Shown here: positions 29,701 through 38,017 of the stretch, one piece after another
Position numbering within the stretch: position 1 is the stretch's first letter
How the letters are laid out: every line of letters begins with the position of its first letter
Origin: Rhizobacter sp.
Lineage (GTDB): Bacteria > Pseudomonadota > Gammaproteobacteria > Burkholderiales > Burkholderiaceae_C
Direction: 5' to 3'
Assembly: GCA_017986065.1 (NCBI GenBank)
Contig: JAGNWJ010000004.1
Span: 16,437-80,436 of the forward strand
DNA length: 64,000 nucleotides
Position numbers and translations under genes: made by a program
The notes under the pieces: model-generated
What the model was told of the DNA's origin: nothing
The model's input: the letters and a program-made list of their open reading frames with translations, nothing else
Database searches by the model: none

Positions 29701-29992
29701 CTTCGCAGGCGCGCAGCAGGTTGGCTCCAGCGGGCAAACCGACCAGTTCGAGCGCACCGACGCCCTGATGGATGTGCTGGCGGGCGCCGTGGATGACCGC
29801 GGGATCGGCGGCATCGACATCCGAGTCGAAGGTGGTCTCGGATTCCTTCAAGTGGCGCCGCAGGGCCTTGTGCGCCAGTTCCAGCGAGCGTCGCAACTCG
29901 TCCTGAACCCACGACAGGGCACTCAGGTCGCTCTGGCTTTCCGGGTCATCGCCCCGGCTGTCGGTCGACGGCGGATTGCGCAAGCTGTCCAT
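23726..29992 (-). CDS. chpA: ChpA/PilL-type giant CheA-like histidine kinase of the Pil-Chp system (multiple Hpt-like domains, kinase core, CheW-like domain, C-terminal receiver)
   Basis: The 2088-aa protein has five Hpt-like signatures: 'IHQGVGALELVGL', 'LSAMRGVLSVLGM', 'FHTLKGSARMVGL', 'LAHSLAGSSATVGF' and 'LHTLKGGARLAGA'. Acidic linkers are present. The HATPase has 'HLLRNSVTHGIE' and 'SGRGVGMDVV'. A CheW-like block follows. The receiver reads 'VLVVDDSLTVRR...IVLSDIEMPRMDG...LGKP'. Confidence 0.9.
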   Translation of the reverse strand: MDSLRNPPSTDSRGDDPESQSDLSALSWVQDELRRSLELAHKALRRHLKESETTFDSDVDAADPAVIHGARQHIHQGVGALELVGLPAGANLLRACEAAVQRCIAKPRMLDIHAVATIESASFAVLDYVARLLSGKTVSPLAMFPQYRAVQELAGADRVHPADLWTRDWQWQPLPDDELAVPRAPDAATRSAIEGKMLSIMRNPTPATASRMSDICAGLGAGTDHPQTSTLWKLAAAMFEAQSQGLLSPDVFSKRVASRLLAQLRIFERGGREVSERLARDLLFFCAQADSPGDGRRAPRLAAVRQAYGLVHHLTTDYHVSALGRFDPAVIAQARKRVAAAKESWSGVAGGEMHRLNGLAEQFALAGESLKRLFPSGELLAEELRAAAAQAQQSAAPPSAPLAMEAATSLLYVEACLEDAEFDHPELGARVQRMSQRMASVRQGEPPQPLEGWMEDLYRRVSDRQTMGSVVQELRATLSEAEKLIDQFFRNPADPEVLIPVPNHLSAMRGVLSVLGMDHAASALLRMRDEVDGLSSTEVDVARVPQAGVFDRLADNLGALGFLIDMLSVQPTLAKTLFTYDADSGTLSPVMGRGERKPVIPGEPAPAVAEPRLIEQAQMLAFNAAREDVSIEAVTRDLERLAHEATAADQPALAATVNQARVALEKAQDSDAVSAARDQLSEALADFVHTSSEAVGLEPATTAGRDVGADESVEDEEMREVFLEEALEVFETARGAVAELAAQPADLQQLTIVRRAFHTLKGSARMVGLTEFGDAAWVCEQLYNTRLSEQQAADSSLLDFTAWSLDQFADWVGDIAASRATSHTANRIREAAAQLQAGAEAPVIEAVPALPPVVHEFAFAASDDADSGAVPPDFTMPADFELDMPGEVPAAESMPEVLALDELDFDALVDLDLNLPATGVESSPEVAFDSDSTMLLRDPAKAGPADSGLLALDLEASEAQSMFEPFDPEATQPLPHDSLLTRDELPEAVDSPSFELLNLDLGSEPFSVSDEEQGEATLESQPELVALLEAEPEIGQASELIETADEAPDADEAVKVIGSLRIGIPLFNIYLNEADELSRRLCTELAEWAMELDRPVGDTAVALAHSLAGSSATVGFADLSNLSRTLEHALSRCCAIGSGTSEEGALFVDAADEIRHLLHQFAAGFLKQPSEALLARLAEHELSSAQRLDTAVAELDAESLLDSEGAPLDPPIHLDFSVSTDVPRLDPLGVAELKSLDESPVPDSEPIRSAQEGAPQPFDDDEDIDAIDAIDAELFPIFEEEGEELLGELAIRLQDWVRQPDDASQPAGAMRTLHTLKGGARLAGAMRLGELVHRLESRIENLMSQSAEAALTADDVEPLLGRCDVLRAAFEAVQRAAASTEEAAAPEAVAVARPVEMAPPVSIDEEAAVEETEAVADSSAAQAAPAPVSAPGFDSDHRPVDSAANAEVDWSRFGASEGVVEAPRAPLASISTAAVRVRAPLLDRLVNQAGEVSITRSRIASDVQEIKGSLSDLTENLDRLRGQLRDIELQAETQISARMEAAKVSAQAFDPLEFDRFTRFQELTRMMAESVNDVATVQRTLQRSLQSTEDELAAQARLTRELQDDLLRTRMVEFEGLSDRLYRVVRQAAKETGKQVRLDIVGGSIEIDRGVLDRMTGAFEHLLRNSVTHGIESPETRVAAGKDATGGVVVAVSQDGNEVSVEVRDDGRGLDLERIRAKGVATGLITEGAALSDGDLANLIFTAGFSTADKVTELSGRGVGMDVVRSEVVAIGGRIETSTTSGKGSSFKLVLPLTTAVTQVVMVRCGDLTVGIPSPLIVSVRRVPAAEMEQAHLSGSFTVDDSALPFFWLGALLQTSSCSAEPAGRSAQVLVIRSASQRIVIHVDDVVGNEEVVVKNLGPQLSRMPGLAGMTLMASGDVVLIYNPVALATLYGSSARVATQSALQSRLAGHAQPAADESPARTLAPLVLVVDDSLTVRRVTERMLLREGYRVMLAKDGLDALEQLAKERPAIVLSDIEMPRMDGFDLVRNLRADARLSDLPVIMITSRIAQKHRDYAAQLGVEHYLGKPYSEEDLLALIARCTAVPVVA

Positions 29993-30059
29993 GCGATGCC
30001 TTGTGTCTGGTGATTCTGCGAGGACGAAGGAGTGGGGAGCGAAATGCCAGGCGTGGTGC

Positions 30060-31640
30060 TCAGACGATCTTGAAACGAGCCACCGATTGCTTGAGTTCCT
30101 CGGCCGTATGCGAAAGCTCGCGAACCATCTGCGCGGTCGATCGAGTGCCTTCGCCGGTCTGCTCAGTCACAGCGAAGATGTGCTGGATATTGGCCGCCAC
30201 GACGTTGGCCGATTGCGCTTCGCCAAGCGCCTGGCTGGAAATATGGGTGATCAGGTCCGACAGCTCGCGCGACACGCGGTCGATGTCGTTGAGCGCCGTG
30301 CCGGCCGCGTCCGTCAGCCGGGTACCTTCGACCACGCCCTGGGTCGAACGCTCCATGGCGGCCACCGCGTCCTGCGTGTCGGTTTGAATCGTCTTGACCA
30401 GCGCGGCAATCTGGCGCGTCGCGTCGGCCGAGCGCTCAGCAAGCCGCTGCACTTCTTCAGCCACGACCGAGAAGCCACGCCCGGCCTCACCCGCCGAAGC
30501 GGCCTGGATGGCCGCGTTCAGCGCCAGCACGTTGGTCTGCTCGGTGATGTCGGAGATCAGTTCGGTGATCTCGCCGATCTCCTGCGACGACTCGCCCAGG
30601 CGCTTGATGCGCTTGGAGGTTTCCTGGATCTGGTCGCGGATGGAGTTCATGCCGCCGATGGTGTCCTGCACTGCCTTCAGGCCGGACTCGGTCGCGTTCA
30701 GCGACTGGCGCGCAACCTGCGCGGTCTGCTGCGCCTGGGCCGAAACCTCGTTGATGCGGCCGGCCATCTGCAGAACCGACTCGCCTGTATCGCGGATCTC
30801 GCGCAGTTGTTCGCTGGACGCCGCCATCAGTTCGGTCGATGTGGCATCGACCAGTTGCGTGGTTTCCGTCACACGGCTCACCGTGCCCTGCACCTGGGCG
30901 ACCAGCGTGCGCAATTCCTCGACGGTGTAGTTGACCGAGTCGGCGATCGCGCCGGTGATGTCCTCGGTGACCGTGGCCTGCTGCGTCAGATCGCCTTCGG
31001 CGACGCTCTGAAGTTCGTTCATCAATCGAAGAATCGCGGCCTGGTTGGCGTCGTTGATGCGCTTGGATTCGTCCTGCAGGCGCTGCGCGTCCACGCGCTG
31101 CTGTTCCATCTGCTGCGAGCGCTGCGCCTGCTCGGCGCCAAACACCCTGCGTTGTCCGAAAACTCCGGCGAACAGCGCCAGGCCGGATACGAGCAGGAGG
31201 ACCGCCGTTCCGCGCTGCTGCGGCTCGGTGTCGGAGGCCGCGAACGACATCAGCACGACTGCCAGGACCCCCAGAAGTCCGACGAGCACCAGCGCACTGA
31301 GCCACTGCTGCTGCTGGGCCAGTGGTCGGTTGCCGATCAGCGGCAGGCCGGAGCCCGCGGGCACTGCCGCATCCGGCGGGGGCTGCAGCCGCGATTCGGC
31401 GAAATCGGCCATCCCCGAGGGCGCGGCCTCGCTGATGATGGAAGTCTGAAAGTCGAGTGCACTCCTGCCCCCGGCACCTTCAAGCACGACAGTACGTTCC
31501 ATGTCCATGTTCATCTCCAGCGGCGACCGCTCCTGCACTGCGTCATGCGCATCGGCCGCGTGCGCTGACTCTTCAAAGGACCGCGTGTCGGACGCATCTC
31601 GCCCGGACCCGGTGTTTTTCCGTTTGTCCAAAAAAGCCAT
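30060..31640 (-). CDS. pilJ: PilJ-type methyl-accepting chemotaxis protein, apparently lacking a periplasmic ligand-binding domain
   Basis: The PilJ-specific segment is '[46 protein letters not shown]'. The MCP signalling hairpin is '[43 protein letters not shown]'. The two TM helices are separated only by '[10 protein letters not shown]'. Confidence 0.85.
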   Translation of the reverse strand: MAFLDKRKNTGSGRDASDTRSFEESAHAADAHDAVQERSPLEMNMDMERTVVLEGAGGRSALDFQTSIISEAAPSGMADFAESRLQPPPDAAVPAGSGLPLIGNRPLAQQQQWLSALVLVGLLGVLAVVLMSFAASDTEPQQRGTAVLLLVSGLALFAGVFGQRRVFGAEQAQRSQQMEQQRVDAQRLQDESKRINDANQAAILRLMNELQSVAEGDLTQQATVTEDITGAIADSVNYTVEELRTLVAQVQGTVSRVTETTQLVDATSTELMAASSEQLREIRDTGESVLQMAGRINEVSAQAQQTAQVARQSLNATESGLKAVQDTIGGMNSIRDQIQETSKRIKRLGESSQEIGEITELISDITEQTNVLALNAAIQAASAGEAGRGFSVVAEEVQRLAERSADATRQIAALVKTIQTDTQDAVAAMERSTQGVVEGTRLTDAAGTALNDIDRVSRELSDLITHISSQALGEAQSANVVAANIQHIFAVTEQTGEGTRSTAQMVRELSHTAEELKQSVARFKIV

Positions 31641-31753
31641 GGAGGACTCCCCGGTCGCCGATTGTTGGTATGCCGTGGCGGATCAGACCGCCGGATATCG
31701 CCGCGTTCTCACTGCCAGTTCGTCGCTTCGACGCAGAGGGCACATGCGTGCGA

Positions 31754-32272
31754 TCAGCCCACGATCTTCAGGAAGGCTGCGTGCCGGACCAGGTCAGCCA
31801 GGCTGATTTCCTGCCAGACCCGGCCGTCAACGTCACGCAGACGCTGACCCACGAATGACGGGCTTCCGGCAGGCGCCAGGCTGTCGAGGGTCAACTGCTC
31901 CTCACCGCGCAGACCCGCCAGCCGATCGACAAGCAGCGCCGCGTTCACGTCGAGCGATGCATTGAATCCCACCAGCATGGCCTGATCCCGCTGATCGGAT
32001 CCAGACTTGATGCCGAAGAAACCAGCCAGATCGACGACGCCATGCAGATGTCCGCGCAGATTGGCCACACCGAGAAACCACGGGTGCGCGTGGGAAACCG
32101 GCGCCAGCGCGGTCATGGGGAAGATTTCACCGGCCTCCTTGAGAGGAAACAGGAACCCTCGGGTGCCACATTCGACGGCCAGCCAGGATCGCCCTCGCAG
32201 CGTCGATCGGGCTTCCTGCAGACGTTCAGCCAGACGATGCTGGAGCTCACGCAATGCTTCTTTATTGGCCAT
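31754..32272 (-). CDS. pilI: CheW-like coupling protein PilI
   Basis: A single CheW domain is present, with 'LGVANLRGHLHGVVDLAGFFG'. The gene lies between pilH and pilJ. Confidence 0.85.
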   Translation of the reverse strand: MANKEALRELQHRLAERLQEARSTLRGRSWLAVECGTRGFLFPLKEAGEIFPMTALAPVSHAHPWFLGVANLRGHLHGVVDLAGFFGIKSGSDQRDQAMLVGFNASLDVNAALLVDRLAGLRGEEQLTLDSLAPAGSPSFVGQRLRDVDGRVWQEISLADLVRHAAFLKIVG

Positions 32273-32359
32273 GAGCGAGTCGCGTTGTAGCCACGTAGGC
32301 GTCAGATCGGAAACGACGGAGGGCGCCGAAGCGCCTGGGTGGTGAGCGAGCCGAAGCGG

Positions 32360-32725
32360 TCAGCCGAAAGCACGGATCTTGGCCGCCAGTTCGTCGGCAT
32401 TGACCGGCTTGACCAGGTAATCGCGTGCCCCCTGCCGGATGCCCCAGACCTTGTCTGTCTCTTGATTCTTGCTCGTGCACATGATCACGGGCACCCGCGA
32501 GAAGCGAGGGTCCCGCGTGATCGCACGAGTCAGCTGGAAACCGTTTTGCCCAGGCATGACGACGTCCATCAGGATCAGGTCGGGCGTCTGCTCTTCCAGA
32601 CGCCGCATGGCCTCTTCGCCGTTCTCGGCCGTTCGCACCGCATAGCCCTGCTTCGTCAGCAAGCCCGAGACGTGATAGAGCTCCGTCTTCGAATCATCGA
32701 CCAGCAGGATGTTCTTGATTGCCAT
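32360..32725 (-). CDS. pilH: CheY-like response regulator PilH
   Basis: It contains 'ILLVDDSKTE', 'DLILMDVVMPGQNGF', 'PVIMCTSK' and 'DYLVKP'. Confidence 0.9.
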   Translation of the reverse strand: MAIKNILLVDDSKTELYHVSGLLTKQGYAVRTAENGEEAMRRLEEQTPDLILMDVVMPGQNGFQLTRAITRDPRFSRVPVIMCTSKNQETDKVWGIRQGARDYLVKPVNADELAAKIRAFG

Positions 32726-32806
32726 TTCTTGTCCTCAGGAGTCGTTTTGCGGCGCACGGGCTCGGATCAAGCAATCCGCGCGCCGTCAAAACCATGACAA
32801 AACGTG

Positions 32807-33250
32807 TCAGTCAACGACCGCAGGGGCGTCTTCGCCCAGGTGCAGGCGCACCGCGCCCAGCAACTGGTCCTTCGTGAATGGCTTGGTAAGGTAGTCCTGC
32901 GAGCCGACCATGCGCCCGCGCGCCTTGTCGAAGAGCCCGTCCTTGGAAGACAGCATGATCACCGGCACATCGGCAAAACGGGCATTGCGTTTGATGATCG
33001 CGCAGGTCTGGTAGCCGTCGAGACGCGGCATCAGGATGTCGCAGAAGATCAACGCGGGAGCGTGGTCGTTGACCTTGGAAAGCGCGTCGAAGCCGTCCTC
33101 GGCCAGATAGACGTCGTATCCGCCCTGCTTGAGAAAGATCTCCGCGCTGCGACGGATGGTGTTGCTGTCATCGATGACCAGAACCCTGGCCTTGGGGGCA
33201 TCGGCCCCGGTGTCCTCGTTCACTGACATTCTCCTCATCAGGACGCGCAC
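32807..33250 (-). CDS. pilG: CheY-like response regulator PilG
   Basis: It contains 'VLVIDDSNTIRR', 'LIFCDILMPRLDGY', 'PVIMLSSKDG' and 'DYLTKPF'. Alternative starts are at 33238 and 33229. Confidence 0.88.
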   Translation of the reverse strand: MRVLMRRMSVNEDTGADAPKARVLVIDDSNTIRRSAEIFLKQGGYDVYLAEDGFDALSKVNDHAPALIFCDILMPRLDGYQTCAIIKRNARFADVPVIMLSSKDGLFDKARGRMVGSQDYLTKPFTKDQLLGAVRLHLGEDAPAVVD

Positions 33251-33277
33251 GTCGCATCCCGCCTGTCGGGTTATCGG

Positions 33278-33472
33278 TCAGATTTGCACCATCTCAAAGT
33301 CTTCTTTTCGTGCACCACATTCCGGACACGTCCAATTCATTGGAACTTCGGCCCAGCGAGTGCCTGGAGAGATGCCGTGTTCCTCGTCTCCGACGGCCTC
33401 GTCGTAGATCCATCCGCAGATCAGGCACATCCAGGTTCGAGTTTCAGTCACAGTAGTTTCAAAAGGACACAC
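33278..33472 (-). CDS. Rubredoxin
   Basis: The sequence 'WMCLICGWIYDEAVGDEEHGISPGTRWAEVPMNWTCPECGARKEDFEMV' carries two CxxCG iron-binding motifs. Confidence 0.9.
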   Translation of the reverse strand: MCPFETTVTETRTWMCLICGWIYDEAVGDEEHGISPGTRWAEVPMNWTCPECGARKEDFEMVQI

Positions 33473-33671
33473 GGAACGGGGCTCGCCATCGGCGGCGGGT
33501 GCGGTCCAGTGAGCCCTCAGGGCGTCATTACAATGAAAACGATTCTAGCGACGCGGTATTTGAGGCGCGCAGACTTCGGGGTGCCGTTGTTGTTCGGCAC
33601 CGTCATTCCGACCCGATTCGCCGGTCATCGCCCTGGGGCGCGCCGCACTATCCTCACCCGAGTCTCCCGCC

Positions 33672-34610
33672 ATGACCGCACAAACCCAACCGACAGCCGA
33701 TGCCGCTGACGAGTTGCAGGAAGCACCGGCTCCTGCCTGCGTGATGAGCTTCAACGCTTCGGATGCCACTGGTGCAGGCGGAGTGAGCGGTGACGTCGCG
33801 ACCATCGCCGCCATGGGCGCGCACGGACTGCCGGTCATCACCTCGATCGTGATGCGCGACACCGCCGAGGTGTTCGACCACCATGCGCTCGAGCCCGACG
33901 TCGTCGCCGAACAGGCGCGCTGCGTGCTGGAAGACATCACGATCGCGGCCTGGAAAGTGGGATTCCTCGGCTCTGCCGAAGGCGTCGGTGCGGTAGCGGA
34001 AATACTGTCCGACTACCCTGACGTGCCCCTGGTGGCCTACATGCCCAACCTGTCGTGGCTGGACGAAGATCAGCAGCAAGCCTACCTGGACGCGTTCCGC
34101 GAACTGGTGCTGCCGCAGACAGAGGTGCTGGTCGGCAGCCACCAGACCCTGACCGACTTCCTGCTCCCCGACTGGGACGGCGAGCGCCCGACTTCGCCAC
34201 GCGAACTGGCGGTGGCCGCAGCCGAGCACGGCGCCAATTTCGTGCTGGTGACCAGCGTGCTGGTCACCAAGGGCAAGAGCGCCGACCAGTACCTGGACAA
34301 CGTCCTCGCGTCCCCGCAGGGCGCAGTGACCGGCGAGAAATTCGAGCGCTTCGATGCCAGCTTCAACGCCGCCGGCGACACGCTCTCTGCGGCGCTGGCC
34401 TCGCTGCTGGCCTCCGGCAGCGAACTGCATACCGCGGTTGGCGAGGCGCTGGCCTTCCTCGACCAGGCGCTCGACGCCGGTTTCCGGCCCGGCATGGGCA
34501 ACGTCGTCCCCGACCGCTTCTTCTGGGCGCTGGCGCCCGGCGAGGAAGACGAAGGTGGCGAGGGAGACCCCTCCGAGACAGACTCGCCGGGAACCCGTCA
34601 CATTCACTGA
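33672..34610 (+). CDS. Hydroxymethylpyrimidine/phosphomethylpyrimidine kinase family protein (ThiD-like)
   Basis: A ribokinase-like fold is suggested by '[26 protein letters not shown]', 'AWKVGFLGS' and '[15 protein letters not shown]'. The rubredoxin/thiD-like/hemL neighbourhood is common in Burkholderiales, as recalled. Confidence 0.7.
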   Translation: MTAQTQPTADAADELQEAPAPACVMSFNASDATGAGGVSGDVATIAAMGAHGLPVITSIVMRDTAEVFDHHALEPDVVAEQARCVLEDITIAAWKVGFLGSAEGVGAVAEILSDYPDVPLVAYMPNLSWLDEDQQQAYLDAFRELVLPQTEVLVGSHQTLTDFLLPDWDGERPTSPRELAVAAAEHGANFVLVTSVLVTKGKSADQYLDNVLASPQGAVTGEKFERFDASFNAAGDTLSAALASLLASGSELHTAVGEALAFLDQALDAGFRPGMGNVVPDRFFWALAPGEEDEGGEGDPSETDSPGTRHIH

Positions 34611-34660
34611 GTCCTGACGCCCCGGCGCCGGGGCGACCGTCAACGCTCCCGCAAACCGCC

Positions 34661-35953
34661 ATGACTTCCACCAACGCACAACTTTTCGAGCGCGCCCAGC
34701 GCGTCATCCCTGGCGGCGTCAATTCGCCGGTACGCGCATTCCGCGCTGTCGGAGGCACGCCGAGATTCATCGCGCGCGCGCAGGGGCCGTACATCTTCGA
34801 CGCCGAGGGCACGAGATACATCGACTACATCGGATCCTGGGGACCGATGATCCTCGGACACGGACATCCTGCCGTGCTGGATGCGGTGCAGAAGGCAGCC
34901 ATGGACGGCTTCTCGTTCGGCGCGCCGACCGAGCGCGAGATCGAATTGGCCGAAGAAATCCTGAAGCTGGTGCCCAGCATGGATCAGGTGCGTCTGGTCA
35001 GTTCGGGCACAGAGGCCGCGATGAGCGCGCTGCGCCTGGCACGCGGCGCAACCGGACGCGACAAGATCGTCAAGTTCGAGGGTTGCTATCACGGACATGC
35101 GGACGCCCTGCTGGTCAAGGCCGGCTCGGGCCTGGCCACGTTCGGCAACCCGACCAGTGCCGGCGTGCCGGAAGACGTCGTCAAGCACACCGTGGTTCTC
35201 GAATACAACAACGTCGCGCAGCTCGAGGAAGCCTTTGCGCTGCACGGCGACGGCCTGGCCTGCGTGATGATCGAGGCGATCTGCGGGAACATGAACTTCG
35301 TCCGCGCCAGCGTGCCGTTCATGACCCGTCTGCGCGAGCTGTGCACTCAGTACGGCACGCTGCTGGTGTTCGACGAGGTGATGACGGGCTTTCGTGTCGC
35401 CCTCGGCGGGGCGCAGAGTCTGTATGCCAGGCTGATCCCTGGTTTCGCGCCCGACATCAGCGTCTTCGGCAAGGTGATCGGCGGCGGCATGCCGCTGGCA
35501 GCGTTCGGCGGCCGGCGCGCGGTGATGGAGCAACTGGCCCCGCTCGGCCCGGTCTACCAGGCCGGAACGCTGTCCGGCAACCCGGTGGCCACGGCCTGCG
35601 GCCTGGCGACGCTGCGCGAGATCCAGAAGCCCGGCTTCTTCGACGCGCTGACTGCCAGCACCCGGCAACTGGTCGACGGCCTGAACGCGGCAGCCCACGC
35701 CAGCGGCGTGCCGATGGTCACCGACAGCGAAGGCGGCATGTTCGGATTCTTCTTCGCCTCCGAGCTGCCGCAGAACTACACGCAGGTGCTGGCCACCGAC
35801 AAGGCGCGCTTCAACCACTTCTTCCACGCGATGCTCGATCGCGGCGTGTACCTGGCCCCGGCCTTGTACGAGGCAGGATTTGTCAGTTCGGCACACCGGC
35901 CCGACGACCTGCTCGCTACGGCCACCGCGGCGAAGCAGGCCCTGCAGTCCTGA
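34661..35953 (+). CDS. hemL: Glutamate-1-semialdehyde 2,1-aminomutase
   Basis: It contains '[20 protein letters not shown]', '[15 protein letters not shown]', '[11 protein letters not shown]' and '[15 protein letters not shown]'. The ATG at 34661 is internal to the 632-aa track ORF. Confidence 0.95.
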   Translation: MTSTNAQLFERAQRVIPGGVNSPVRAFRAVGGTPRFIARAQGPYIFDAEGTRYIDYIGSWGPMILGHGHPAVLDAVQKAAMDGFSFGAPTEREIELAEEILKLVPSMDQVRLVSSGTEAAMSALRLARGATGRDKIVKFEGCYHGHADALLVKAGSGLATFGNPTSAGVPEDVVKHTVVLEYNNVAQLEEAFALHGDGLACVMIEAICGNMNFVRASVPFMTRLRELCTQYGTLLVFDEVMTGFRVALGGAQSLYARLIPGFAPDISVFGKVIGGGMPLAAFGGRRAVMEQLAPLGPVYQAGTLSGNPVATACGLATLREIQKPGFFDALTASTRQLVDGLNAAAHASGVPMVTDSEGGMFGFFFASELPQNYTQVLATDKARFNHFFHAMLDRGVYLAPALYEAGFVSSAHRPDDLLATATAAKQALQS

Positions 35954-35990
35954 AACCCAGACCCGCACGCCAGCGCTCTCGACGACATCC

Positions 35991-37376
35991 ATGCACATCC
36001 ACATCCTCGGCATTTGCGGCACCTTCATGGGAGGCCTCGCCGCCCTGGCGCGGGAGGCAGGACACCAGGTCACCGGCTGCGACAGCGGCGTCTATCCGCC
36101 GATGAGCGACCAGCTGCGGGCCCTCGGCATCGAACTGGTCGAGGGCTACGGGGCTGATCAGCTGGGCGTGAATCCCGATCTGTTCGTTGTCGGCAACGTG
36201 GTGACACGGGGCAACCCGCTGATGGAAGCGGTGCTCAACGCCGGAGCGGCCTACATCAGCGGACCCCAATGGCTGGCAGAGCACGTGCTGCAGGGGCGGC
36301 ACGTGCTCGCAGTGGCGGGCACGCACGGCAAGACCACGACCACCGCGATGCTGGCCTGGATCCTCGAGCAGGCGGGCCTGCAGCCGGGCTTCCTGGTCGG
36401 AGGCGTTCCCCTCAACTTCGGCGTTTCGGCCAGGCTGGGGTCCGGCGCACCGTTCGTCATCGAAGCCGACGAGTACGACACCGCCTTCTTCGACAAGCGC
36501 AGCAAGTTCGTTCATTACCGCGCCCGCACCGCGGTGCTGAACAACCTCGAGTTCGATCACGCCGACATCTTCGAGAACCTGGCCGCGATCGAGAGGCAGT
36601 TCCACCACCTGGTGCGCACCGTGCCGTCACAGGGCCGCCTCGTGGTCAACGCCCGCGACGAAGCGATCCAGCGGGTGCTCGGCATGGGGTGCTGGAGCGA
36701 CGTGGTGCGCTTCGGCGCGCGCAAGGAAACCCCCGGCGAGCTGCGCGCGCGCGGTGAACCTCATGCATTCGATGTCTTGCGCGGGAGCATGAAGATCGCG
36801 CGTGTCGAATGGTCACTGGCAGGAGAGCACAACCAGCTGAACGCGCTGGCTGCGATCGCGGCAGCCGATCACGTCGGCGTGCCGGCGGACGTCGCAGCGA
36901 AGGCACTCGCCGGCTTCGAGAATGTGAGGCGCCGGCTCGAGCTGCGTGGCAGCGCAGCCGGCATCAGCGTCTACGACGATTTCGCCCACCACCCGACTGC
37001 AATGCGGACCACGATCAATGGCTTGCGTCGCCAGGTCGACGCGCGCTGGAATCCGGCGACCCAGCCGCGGCCGCGCATCCTCGCGGTTTTCGAACCGCGC
37101 TCGAACACGATGAAGCTCGGCACGATGAAGGCGCAACTTCCGTGGTCGCTCGAAGAGGCTGACCTGTCCTTCTGCCACAGCGGCGGCCTCGACTGGGACG
37201 CTGCGCAAGCCCTGGCACCGCTCGGCAAGCTGGCCGCGGTCTGCGACAGCATCGACCAACTCGTCTCGCGCGTGGCAGCCACCGCGCAGCCTGGTGACCA
37301 CGTGCTGTGCATGAGCAACGGCGGCTTCGGCGGCGTGCACCAGTTGCTGCTGGACGCGCTGGCCCGCAAAGCCTGA
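35991..37376 (+). CDS. mpl: UDP-N-acetylmuramate:L-alanyl-gamma-D-glutamyl-meso-diaminopimelate ligase (murein peptide ligase)
   Basis: It contains 'MHIHILGICGTFMGGLAALAREAGHQVTGCD', '[14 protein letters not shown]' and 'VIEADEYDTAFFDKRSKF'. Confidence 0.92.
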   Translation: MHIHILGICGTFMGGLAALAREAGHQVTGCDSGVYPPMSDQLRALGIELVEGYGADQLGVNPDLFVVGNVVTRGNPLMEAVLNAGAAYISGPQWLAEHVLQGRHVLAVAGTHGKTTTTAMLAWILEQAGLQPGFLVGGVPLNFGVSARLGSGAPFVIEADEYDTAFFDKRSKFVHYRARTAVLNNLEFDHADIFENLAAIERQFHHLVRTVPSQGRLVVNARDEAIQRVLGMGCWSDVVRFGARKETPGELRARGEPHAFDVLRGSMKIARVEWSLAGEHNQLNALAAIAAADHVGVPADVAAKALAGFENVRRRLELRGSAAGISVYDDFAHHPTAMRTTINGLRRQVDARWNPATQPRPRILAVFEPRSNTMKLGTMKAQLPWSLEEADLSFCHSGGLDWDAAQALAPLGKLAAVCDSIDQLVSRVAATAQPGDHVLCMSNGGFGGVHQLLLDALARKA

Positions 37377-38017
37377 TGCAGGCGACTGCCTCGCCCGCGA
37401 TCACGCACCTGCTCTACCTGCACGGCTTCCGCTCGTCGCCGCAATCGAAGAAGGCTCGGCAGTTTGGCGACTGGGTTCGTGCCCATCGGCCCGACCTGCA
37501 ATGGTGGTGCCCGCAGTTGCCACCTTCGCCGAGCGACGCGCTGGCGTTGCTGATCGAAGGCACGAAGGATTGGCCGCTCGCACACACCGCGGTGGTCGGC
37601 AGCTCGCTGGGCGGCTTCTACGCGACGGTGCTCGCCGAGCGATGGGCCCGGTCCGATGATCGACCGGACGGCGATTCAGTACGCGCGGCGCTCCTCAATC
37701 CCGCGGTTCATCCTGCGCGTGACCTCGCCGCCCACATCGGCGAGACCACGTCCTGGCACGATGGCGACAGGTTCTTCTTCCGGCCGGAATTCATCGACGA
37801 ATTGCAGCAACTGTCCCCGGATCAGATCACGCAGCCGCAACGCTACCTGGCCGTCATCGCAAAGGGCGACGAGGTGCTCGACTGGCGGGAAATGAGCTCG
37901 CGGTACGCCGACTGTTCGATCCGGCTGCTCGAAGGCAGCGATCACGCCCTCAGCGACTTCGACGACCACCTGAAAGCGACGATCGACTTCCTGGGCCTGG
38001 AAGCAGGCGCCACCTGA
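37376..38017 (+). CDS. YqiA/YcfP-family alpha/beta-hydrolase (esterase)
   Basis: It contains 'LLYLHGFRSSPQSKKA' and the nucleophile elbow 'VVGSSLGGFYA', ending with 'GSDHAL.DF'. The ATG overlaps the mpl stop (TGATG). Confidence 0.8.
   Translation: MQATASPAITHLLYLHGFRSSPQSKKARQFGDWVRAHRPDLQWWCPQLPPSPSDALALLIEGTKDWPLAHTAVVGSSLGGFYATVLAERWARSDDRPDGDSVRAALLNPAVHPARDLAAHIGETTSWHDGDRFFFRPEFIDELQQLSPDQITQPQRYLAVIAKGDEVLDWREMSSRYADCSIRLLEGSDHALSDFDDHLKATIDFLGLEAGAT

Noticed and set aside
33473-33671. Possible TPP (THI-box) riboswitch upstream of the thiD-like gene, suggested by a 'GGGGTGCC' string.
   Set aside because: The conserved 'CTGAGA' and 'ACCTGATCTGGATAATGCCAGCG'-like core elements are not present. 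An Rfam/Infernal scan would settle it, but by eye it does not fit.
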